64,000 nucleotides of DNA, taken from contig NC_092673.1 of NCBI RefSeq assembly GCF_964355755.1, forward strand, positions 29,075,648 through 29,139,647, written 5' to 3'. Origin of the DNA: Antedon mediterranea (Eukaryota; Animalia; Echinodermata). The first letter of the stretch is position 1. Every line of letters starts with the position of its first letter. Positions 24,318-36,300 of this stretch are shown one piece after another. The position numbers and the translations under genes are program-made. The notes beneath the pieces are model-generated. The model did not search any database, was not told the origin of the DNA, and saw only the letters and a program-made list of their open reading frames with translations.

Positions 24318-27300
24318 ATGATGGAGCAAGTGAAGAAAGAGAATGAAGATGGAACCAAGGATGTCGCCATCATCAGAGGTTCATTCATCAGTTCAGAACC
24401 ATACTTAACATTCAACGTAAAAGTGAATGTTGTTTTAGTTTTCTTTACTATCTTAGCAGCTTGGTTGAGGATTGTTGGCATTGAAAACCCACGAGGAGTA
24501 GTGTAAGTTTTGGTTGGTTGTTTGTCTATAGCAAAGCAAACATTTATTATTTAAATTATTACATTTATCTGTAGTTTAGTTGAGGATTCATTTAATTTTA
24601 TTTGAGAATAAAATTGTTACTACTCTACTATTCTTGATGAAAATAATGTGGTGTTTTGACTACAACATTTTACATTACCCCCTTTTGCCCTCCTCATTTT
24701 CCATTACATTTACGTGTTGTATATATCCAAGCATTGAATATTATCGTTACTTTTATCTTTGCAGATTCGATGAAGTACATTTTGGTCAATTTACAAGTCT
24801 GTACATCAACAGGATCTTCTTCTTCGATGTCCATCCTCCACTGGGGAAACTTCTGTTTGCACTCACGGCCTACATCTCTGGTTTTGACGGAAACTTTCTT
24901 TTTGATAAAATTGGTGAAGGTACAAAACTATTTATAAAAAACACTAAAACCAAATGTATCATGGCACCAACACTCATTCCTTCAAACAAACGTATGCTTT
25001 TCGACAAAGATTTTTCCCCCCTACTGATGTATTTTGAGAACATAAAGATTGGTATATTATTATTGTTGGCCTATCTACACTTAGCATTTAGGCCAGACCA
25101 CACTGTATTGTGCATGTTTGTAGTGGGTACCAGTCCCTCATAAATGAGTCTGAATGACATTCTCAGCACTTTTTACATACCGGTACCCATTTCAGTCAAC
25201 TAGGTGCGGAGGAGCAGGGTGGATAACATTGTCTATTGTTTTTATGATATAATACATGTTTGCCTTTCTTGCAGCATATCCACCATCCATACCAGTGTGG
25301 CATCTTAGATTGCTTCCTGCCATATTTGGTAGTCTTCTCATCCCTGCTGTATACCAGTTGGTGCTAGCTGTTGGGTACTCACATGGTGCTGCTACACTGG
25401 CTGCATTTCTTGTTGTATTTGGTAAGTATGCCTGGCCATTATCATTATTCTTTATCCAGTTTAGATATATCATTTTTAAAGATAATCTAATTGTTAATTG
25501 AATAGGCAATAACCTGTAACACAAGATACTCCTGTTCTTCAAATTCATGTAACATTTTATTCATTGCAAGATTTGATTTGTGTAGTACTGAGCCCTCAAT
25601 ATATAAAAAGGTGAAGCCCTTTTTATACCTTTTCTATACTGTATAGGAGATAGAATAATATAGTGGGAAAAAATGGTCAAAAACGTTACACGGATGACAA
25701 AGTTTTCAAATTTTGCACATATGTTCACTTGGACATACAGATTAAAAAAATCACTGTAGCCAAGAAAAAAAATGTATTTTATGACCATATTTGGAGTATT
25801 TTCAAAATGGCCGCCAAAACAAAATGATGGTCCATATCTTAGTAACCGGTAGGGGTACAGAGTTCATTTTAGTGTTAAATTGCTTAGAACACATATGTTT
25901 CTATTCACTCTAATACAACATTTTATTAGAAAATGGCCGGAATCATCATTTCCGGAATTGTGACCTTTGACCCTAGTATGGTCATATCTCGATAACTACT
26001 GACAGTAGAAACATGAGGTTGGTCTTAAAATATTCACAATATACATGTTAGTATTTGGTCTAACGAACTATTTTTCCCAAAAGTGACTGGAAATCATAAT
26101 ATTGACCTTTGACCCGATAACCTCAAATTTCGTTACCGAATGCGCATAACATCAAAATATTGGGCTTAAATTGTCAAAAATGTATATTTTTGTATTAATT
26201 AAGGTAATGACTGAATTTGTCAATTGACCAGAAGTAATGATATTAACTTTTGACTTAAATTTTGTTTTATATCACTACAACATTGGCAGTAAATCGTCAA
26301 ACACTTATTTTTCACGCAATACATTGTTTTCTCAACAAATTTAAACAATTACTTTTTCATATGATATGTTTGTTTAGAATGATTCAGATTGTTGTATCTA
26401 GAGATATGGCCTACCTGGTTATGTGTAGAGGAATGTTACATTTTACTATGCGTGATTACATTTCCAGATTATTTTCTGCAAGTTGTAAGCTTCAATAAAT
26501 TAATATAACTGTTTTGCAGTGTATTATATTTACAGTTTACACTTCTTCATTTTATATTTCAAACCTCAGTTATTAAAAAATAAAATAAATAAATAATAAT
26601 AATAAGTATTAACTATGTCTTAGAAATAATAAATTCTGACACGGATCGTCTGTATTCAATTACGAGTAATATTATCTGGGACATTTGCAGCTGCACAGTT
26701 CTGTACAAGGGAGGTTGGATTTGGCACATTTGCAAGTCACACAACCACGGTCAGATTTGCAGCCACATTTGATAAGTTCATTGCAGGCCTTGGCTGCTTC
26801 TGGTTTAGTCATCCAAACTGGCTTCCAATGTGTGTCTTCTAATGTCCAACCCCAATCTTCTGGAGTAGGAATAGTTGGTTCAGCATTCTGACAAGTGGTC
26901 CATATACCTCCTTGATATATGGCTCTTTTCACATGTTGAAGTAATGCATCCTACAATATAAATGTAATATAATGTACAAACAATGCTGTTTAGTTGAATA
27001 AAAAAAAGTATGCACTAAGTATAAGTTTAATTGTATTCCAACCATTCAATTTTAATTACCTGGGTGGGTGGAACATGAGCAATATCCTTGTTCTTCTGTG
27101 AAAACATATTTCGACGGGCTTCATTTACTGATAATGATATGCTGCTTTTGTTGTATAGAAGAATAGTGAGCCGCTCAATATGTTTGAAGTTGAGAGAAAG
27201 ACAGTCAACTTGTTGAAAAGGATGTCTGTACATGGAAAGAAATGCCTCTGTTGCCTCTGGAAATGATTTCCATGCTTTCCAAGCACTCTTCTTACTCTTA

Positions 27301-30300
27301 CCGAAAAATGAGGATGTAGTGTCACAACCTGAAAAAGCATGGAAAAGTGGAAGGGCGCATGCCATGCTTTCACCTAGATGTCTACACATGTTGTTGATGT
27401 TATAGTAACAGAAGTGATTACCAGTGCCGAATGCAACCCACAGTTTCAGTTCTCAAACTGTAAAGTTGCTGCCTCTCTGCGTATTCCTAGGTTATCAGCT
27501 GATGGCTGTTGGACTATGCTAATTCCAGTCCCATGAAATGATCCTTGTGCTGTGGTAGAAGAAGGATTATAGTCTAAATTGTCTAATGCTCCAATTACTG
27601 CCAAACCTTTCCGAAGATTAGACGGACACACAATATCATCAGTCTTGAACTGCTTACACATCGAGTAAGTTAGAGATTCCTCAAGTTGAAGGATTCGTTT
27701 GTAGTTGATGCTTACTTCTGGTATTGGTGTGAATAAGCATCCCAATGTAAATTGGTAGAGGTGGTTCTCGGTTTAGGTTATGACGCTCAGTAGGCCTACC
27801 AGTTTCTTCTCTTACCTTCTTCTTGGAGTTATAAGAAATCAATTGGGATATTGTAAGGCATGTCTGTGAATTGTCAACGTGCTCCTTCGTGTTTGGCCCA
27901 TATAAAATCATAGCTATCAGCATTTTTAAACTTGGTGATACCATCTCTTGGCAACGAGGAGGAAATGCCCCTTTGAACTGAAAACCATCAGTCATTTGAA
28001 AAATATCTTCTCTGCAGATTTTTGCAACCTTTGCAAACAACAGCGCTTCTTCTTCATACTGTACGATGCACATCTTTCCACATTTGATATATGGCCTCTT
28101 CAAAAATTAAAACACATTTGTATCCATCAAAATGCTCATGTAGGCCCATGGTTTCGAAATGTTGTAGAAGGATTTCTTTCAAGCGCGTTTTATTAAATGA
28201 TATATTCTCTCCAAATTGATGAAGACGATCTTCAAACCAAGAATGTAAATGTGATAATTGAAATAACAATGTTCCCTCTTCTACTAATCCCTCTACATAA
28301 GAAACCAATTCTGCAAACACTCTGCCTTTCACACGATCTCTTTCTGTTTTAGAAAAAGACAAAGTATTGCTTTGATGTTTTCTATATCGATTTCTAAATT
28401 GCGTCAAACAATCCATGTGGTATTTTGCTGCAATAGCTACTAAATCACCATTCGAAATAGTAGCAAGAAGATCAAAATCATTCATTTTTGTCGCCATTCT
28501 TCGAAGTATTTTTGTCAGTGACACATTTGAGTATTCATGAAGCTTTTGAAATGTATCTTTTTTGCAGAAAATACAGTTATTTCTGCTAGGACTTGCAACT
28601 TTCTGTCTTTTTGAAGACCGCTCTTTCGTATCTATGTTTTCTTTTACTTGATGTTTTCTTAACCTTTCCAGCTTAGTGTTGTTGAACTTCAAATGGCAAG
28701 AATGATGCCACGAGGCACCGTTTTTAATAAAAGCCTCCGGTGTACCATGGTCTCCATATTCTAATGAAAGTGGTGAAGCTTGTAGTTGCTTAAAGCCGTC
28801 TACATTGTTTAAAAACGCTTCGTACACACATCTAGCATTAATGTTTCCTCGTTTTTGTGGACACCTTAAACTTTCCGATGTAACAGACTGGCATATAATG
28901 CATCTTGACCAGTCCATTGTAAGTGTTTACTTACACCTAGTCTAGTCATAGGGCTAGTGTCTCGAACATAAATTCTGTGAAATATATAGAGTAAACTTAA
29001 ACAAATAACAATCCTGATAGTTAAAAAATAAATATGAATGTTTTTCTTTTATTCATTTTCTATCATTCATGTTTTAACCAAAATACGTGTAAGAAGCAAT
29101 TCCTGTACCTATTGGTCCTAAACCTATAGCCTACATCAATTATTTAAAGTTATTAAAAAAAATTGTAATTATTTAAATTATTTAAAGTTAAATTTAATAA
29201 TGATGTGTAATTGCAATATAATTTTTCACAAAACTACACTTGGGACTCCCTGTAACTAAGCATTTGCTAGGCCTATGAGAGGCATCCGCTTTGCATTGCC
29301 ACAGTCGTTTTCGCCGTGGAGGTATGCCTAGCAACGAGCCTGTGTTAGCCTAGCCTAATTGATATTCAATTTAAATGCTTAAAAGAAACAAGAAAGTAAA
29401 TTAATGGTAACCTAATGCTTTAAAGTGGTAAATCAATATATATATTTAATAAAAACACTTGTTTGAAATCAACAACTGCTTTATAAGCATAAAAATACTT
29501 ACCACTTGGCAATTATCCACCTGTCAACACGTTTGACTTCATAAACTTTTAGCCAATCAGAATGCCGGATTTTATGAATACTCATTTTGGAGGGAAATCT
29601 TTGTCTAGGTAATACTATAGTAATTGATTGTATATAAAAGGGGTTCTATGGACCTTAAATAATGAAATCATTGTTATTATTAGTATTTATTATTCTCAAA
29701 TAGAAACTATTATAACAAATATTGTGATTTATTTTAACTGGTCTTTGGAATGTTAAAAAATAGATTATGTCGAAAAGGCACTGCTTCTCTATAACACTGA
29801 AGTTAGTTGTAGTGATATAAAACAAAATTTAAGTCAAAAGTTAATATAATTACTTCTGGTCAATTGACAAATTCAGTCATTACCTTAATTAATACAAAAA
29901 TATACATTTTTGACAATTTAAGCCCAATATTTTGATGTTATGCGCATTCGGTAACGAAATTTGAGGTTATCGGGTCAAAGGTCAATATTATGATTTCCAG
30001 TCACTTTTGGGAAAAATAGTTCGTTAGACCAAATACTAACATGTATATTGTGAATATTTTAAGACCAACCTCATGTTTCTACTGTCAGTAGTTATCGAGA
30101 TATGACCATACTAGGGTCAAAGGTCACAATTCCGGAAATGATGATTCCGGCCATTTTCTAATAAAATGTTGTATTAGAGTGAATAGAAACATATGTGTTC
30201 TAAGCAATTTAACACTAAAATGAACTCTGTACCCCTACCGGTTACTAAGATATGGACCATCATTTTGTTTTGGTGGCCATTTTGAAAATACTCCAAATAT

Positions 30301-33300
30301 GGTCATAAAATACATTTTTTTTCTTGGCTACAGTGATTTTTTTAATCTGTATGTCCAAGTGAACATATGTGCAAAATTTGAAAACTTTGTCATCCGTGTA
30401 ACGTTTTTGACCCTAAGGCACCCCACTAATATGTATACATGACCCTGTACTTTTCATGCAGTATTGACAGACAGGAGATTTTGTGTTGATTATTAATAAG
30501 TTTTTAATTCAGCATAGTAGGTTGTAAATTACATGTTATTTTATAACACCAACCCTGAAATAGAAACATGATGGTAACTGAAATTGTGTGTGACAGATAC
30601 TGAAACTCTTTTTCTATTGACTCTTCTTCTGACATCATCTTCTTGTTGTTTCAGAAAACACGTTGATAATACAGTCACGGTTTATATTGATTGATTCTAT
30701 GCTGTTGTTCTTCAATGTTCTCTCTGTGTTATCATTACTCAAATTCAAACAACAGAAACACAGGTAAATACAATATTCTATGCTGTTGTTCTTTAATGTT
30801 CTCTCTGTGTTATCATTACTCAAATTCAAACAACAGAAACACAGGTAAATACAATATTCTATGCTGTTGTTCTTCAATGTTCTCTCTGTGTTATCATTAC
30901 TCAAATTCAAACAACAGAAACACAGGTAAATACAATATTCTATGCTGTTGTTCTTCAATGTTATGTCTGTGTTATCATTACTCAAATTCAAACAACAGAA
31001 ACACAGGTTAATACAATATTCTATGCTGTTGTTCTTTAATGTTCTCTCTGTGTTATCATTACTCAAATTCAAACAACAGAAACACAGGTAAATACAATAT
31101 TCTATGCTGTTGTTCTTCAATGTTTTCTCTGTGTTATCATTACTCAAATTCAAACAACAGAAACACAGGTAAATACAATATTCTATGCTGTTGTTCTTTA
31201 ATGTTCTCTCTTATCTGTGTTATCATTACTCAAGTTCAAACAACAGAAACACAGGTAAATACAATATTCTATGCTGTTGTTCTTTAATGTTCTCTCTGTG
31301 TTATCATTAGTCAAATTCAAACAACAGAAACACAGGTAAATACAATATTCTATGCTGTTGTTCTTTAATGTTCTCTCTGTGTTATCATTACTCAAATTCA
31401 AACAACAGAAACACAGGTAAATACAATATTCTATGCTGTTGTTCTTCAATGTTCTCTCTGTGTTATCATTACTCAAATTCAAACAACAGAAACACAGGTA
31501 AATACAATATTCTATGCTGTTGTTCTTCAATGTTATGTCTGTGTTATCATTACTCAAATTCAAACAACAGAAACACAGGTAAATACAATATTCTATGCTG
31601 TTGTTCTTCAATGTTCTCTCTGTGTTATCATTACTCAAATTCAAACAACAGAAACACAGGTAAATACAATATTCTATGCTGTTGTTCTTCAATGTTATGT
31701 CTGTGTTATCATTACTCAAATTCAAACAACAGAAACACAGGTAAATACAATATTCTATGCTGTTGTTCTTCAATGTTCTCTCTGTGTTATCATTACTCAA
31801 ATTCAAACAACAGAAACACAGGTAAATACAATATTCTATGCTGTTGTTCTTCAATGTTATGTCTGTGTTATCATTACTCAAGTTCAAACAACAGAAACAC
31901 AGGTAAATACAATATTCTATACTGTTGTTCTTCAATGTTATGTCTGTGTTATCATTACTCAAGTTCAAACAACAGAAACACAGGTAAATACAATATTCTA
32001 TGCTGTTGTTCTTTAATGTTCTCTCTGTGTTATCATTACTCAAATTCAAACAACAGAAACACAGGTAAATACAATATTCTATGCTGTTGTTCTTCAATGT
32101 TATGTCTGTGTTATCATTACTCAAGTTCAAACAACAGAAACACAGGTAAATACATTAATTGTGATCAATCTGTATGCTGGATTAATAATAATAATATTTG
32201 TTCTTATATAGTGTTTATTGCAGTTTCTAGGCGCTTCACATTATTACCAGTCATTTTTTTTTATCATCAAATGTATGGAAACATACTCCCATAATGCAGC
32301 TAGTAATTAGCGAAATTTTGCATAGGTTTGATCCCTTTTTTACAGCATACAAATTATTTATTGAACCTCGCACATCTACATCATTATATTCTATCCCCAT
32401 TATATTATCCCTCCTGTGTTCCTTCCCACCCCACCACTTCTATCCATTCATTGCTATTTTTATACTTTTTCCCTCCTTGACATTTTTATTTTTTATTTTA
32501 TGTCTTTAGGCAATGTGGCTGAGGATTACCAATAGTAAATTAATCACTGTCCTATCAGATAAGTGGTAATTTTGTGAACCAGTTCACCAGATAACCCCCT
32601 ACTCTTCTTAAATAATGAACTATTTAAATTATATAATTCATTAGTTTTGCCTGATTTTACATATTGTTGTGAAGTCTGGGGTAATACCTTTAAAACTAAT
32701 TTAAATTGTTTATACATATTACAAAAAAGGCACTCAGACTTGTTATGAAAGTCCCCATAGTACACCAGTCCAAGTAAACCAATTTTTTATTTTTTTAAAA
32801 CTCTTGATCTTTATAATTTAATAAAACTATATACCGTTTCTCTAATGCATAAAGCTTTTCATAACTTACTCCCAGCGATTGTTCAAAATAATTTCATTTC
32901 ATGCTCAGCTGTCCACGATAAATATACCAGACAAAAACACACAATTTAAAAGAACCACTCAAAAATCATTAAGTTTGTACTCTCTGAGAAAATTACTCTC
33001 TGAGAAAACTATCTGTTTTTTGTTGTTAAAATGAAAAAAAAGGAGTGTTTGCATTTTTTTTCTTAAAAGTAACATCTTGTTTGCCTATGCCCTTGTGCCT
33101 TTTTTCATATTTATATACTGTTTTGTAACAGGGGGTTTCCATTCTTTCATTTTTGTAATGAATATTTATGTATGTTTATGTTTTTTATTGTGAATGGAAA
33201 TAAAGAAACAAACAAACTGGGTTCTTTAAAGTGCACACAGGTTATAACTGTGTACACTGGACCTACGGTTTATAGTCCTTATCCGAGAAGACTCGTTCTA

Positions 33301-36300
33301 CCACCAGAACTAGGAGTGAGTCGGCCTCGAATCATTGCCGATGTTGTTGGATCTTTAGGTATGATAAACGATGCCCTGCCTTAACATACGACATCAACCT
33401 TATTGGTTTTATTCTTTCCTGGTATTGATCATTTATTATATAGTTTTCTTTTTCAGGTCGTACTCTTTAGCCTGGTGGTTCTGGCTTGCCTCCACCGGTC
33501 TGTCAATGGCGTGTTGTATCAGGTAAGCACAATGGAAATCCTACCACTCTAAGCCAGTTTTAGTAAAGGCAAAAGACCCTACAATATATAAGTGGAGTAA
33601 TGTATGCCCTCTGTAGTTTCTGTTTTAACTTTTTGAAAGTGATGTGGCCCTCTAGTGGTCCATGAAAAAGCTAATTACCGTTGAACCTCCTTATGTGACC
33701 ACCTCCCTCTATGGCATAACATTCAAAAGCCTGAACAAAATATTAGTTACGTAGTATTTCTAAGCAATATCCAGCTCCCCTGTTCACTGTTACTGTCGTA
33801 GTACCTGTATTTGTCTAAATCTGCTAACAATGGGAGATTGTTGATCTAGGAGTCCAAATACAACATTATTACTACTTTAGCTGTCAGTTCAGAGCCAGAA
33901 ATGAATAACACTACAAATAGAAATCTACTGATTTTATTTCCTTATTTCAATTTCAAACAAATCAAAAAATATTAGTACTGTATATATATTATTATTAGTA
34001 TATTAGGCAATTAGACAATAATCTGACTGAATTCTTTTTTGCCCTGTACATAGTTAATATTAATAAGCATTATTTAATTAGTTTTTTTACACGTTCTTGA
34101 TTACACTTCAGTATACACCATTACATATTATAATATTTGAAATTAACAAAGTACATTTAAGTGTTTAATATCTCATTATGTTGGACTAATAATGTTAACG
34201 TCTTTCCAGTTACATATCAAACTTAACCACTACATTAAATTTACACTATGAATACACTACAAACGTCACAAAATAACACCAAATGAAAAATGGGAGTATT
34301 ACATTTATGTACATAATTTAAAATTTTAAAAATTAGATTGAATAAAAATAATTGTACAGTTCAATCCCTACTCTATCGGAAACAATAAGATTAAAACACT
34401 AATAGAGTTGATTTTTTCTAAGAAACAAAATAACAGTTCTCAAATAACACTACACAGTATTTGATACATTTCAAGCCTAATATTAAAATTGTATTAAGGT
34501 GCTTTCTTGATGTCATCTGTGAATATCATGGAGGAAAATGTTAATTTTAATTAAAGTTCACCACTTCCACCGCTTCTTCCTCTGTCTACGCTTTAGGCTT
34601 GCCCCCAAGTCTGTATTTATTGTCATTTTTATGTTGTCCACCAGATTACATTTCAATTTTTTGCTAGTAGTTGAAATATAAATTGGATCATTTTCAGCTG
34701 TCTAAGCACCTTCTAAAAGTTCATACCATTTTCTATCTTTTTGCTTTTTCAACAGTGCCTTTGCATCTTTTACCTCTTTTGAATAGGAAAATCTTATCTT
34801 CTTGATTAATCCCTTACCAATGAATTTTTCAAATGTCATTACTATTTGTTTCATTTCCTTCGCTTCTTTACGTATTATATTACAGGTCATATGTTCTTTT
34901 TCATATTTTTGATAACCATACTTGATACTTGCCTCACTTATGTCGTGGTCTTTATGTGAGTCCTTTTCTCTGCAATCGATGCATATTAGTTCCATGCAGT
35001 TTTCACACCAGTGATTTGCAACTTTATTATGGCACATCGGATATTTGATATTGAAGCCACGTTCGTTAACTTCGTCTAAGACTTTCTTTGCTTCAAGAGA
35101 CTGAGAACCGATTGTAAGTCTTCCAATACCCTTTTCGGTATCAGTATGGGTTACCTTATTGCAGATAGGACATACTATATTTAGCATTCCTCCTTGAGCC
35201 TTTTTTTGTAGGCATTTACTGCAAAATGGATGACCACACTGAAGATGTCTAGGATTTTCTATTTGATTGTTGCAAATTGAACATTCAACCAAATTTCTCA
35301 AAAGCAATGTTGCTGGGTGTTGCTCGGCCATTGTTGCGTGATGTGAGGCGTCGGAATCTGTGTTCAGAATGTGAAGCGTCCCGGAATCGGTGTTCAGAAT
35401 ATGAAGCGTCGGAATCGGTGTTCAGAATGTGAAGAGTCGGAATCAGTGTTCAGAATCGGAATCGGTGTTCAAAGTGTGAAGCGCCGGAATCGGTGTTCAG
35501 AATATGAAGCGTCGGAATCGGTGTTCAGAATGTGAAGAGTCGGAATCGGTGTTCAGAATTGGAATCGGTGTTCAGAATGTGAAGCGCCGGAATAGGTGTT
35601 CAGAATGTGAAGCGTCGGAATCGGTGTTCAGAATGTGAAGCGCCGGAATAGGTGTTCAGAATGTGAAGCGCCGGAATTGGTGTTCAGAATGCGAAGCGCC
35701 GAAATCGGTGTTCAGAATGTGAAGTGCATCATCAAAGTATCTGATTTATATACTGATACTCAACATATCTTTGGTTTCTGATTGGTTATTAGAAAGCTGT
35801 GAACAGCCAATGAAAATAATTTATGATGATTAGTGTTTCTAAAAATATCCAGGCGAGATCACGATTGTTTGCCTGCATAATAAAAATGCTCAAATAATAA
35901 TAACAAATAAACTAACTTTTTTGTAGTTTTCAAATTTTTTGGGAAATTACCAAATATGGTGATTTCAAAGGAAATTTATTTATTTTAAAAAGATTTTTCT
36001 AATAAGTCTATCTATAATAGCTATAAATGAGTATACATACCACGTTAGCTACAGACCGTGTACTATTATACTCGCATTCCTTTTTTAATTGAATTTTCAA
36101 TGTTTGATAATGCTGGCGTCATGCGGGTTGGATGTTTTTACAATCCAAATATTATTGCTTTTTAAATTCAAAAGTGCAGGTAACATACCAAAAAAGGTGA
36201 TTATTAAGAAGCAAAATACACAATTATTCCACTTCATAAAGCACTGTAAAAATAAAATAATTTGTGCAAAGTCCATGGACAATGCATGCTCGTCCCCGAT

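Noticed and set aside
30635-32294. Long Cys-rich repetitive ORFs (172, 310 and 308 aa)
   Set aside because: They are off-frame or antisense translations of the 81-bp array; the real frame is POMT1 exon 4, which stops at AGG TAA on read-through.
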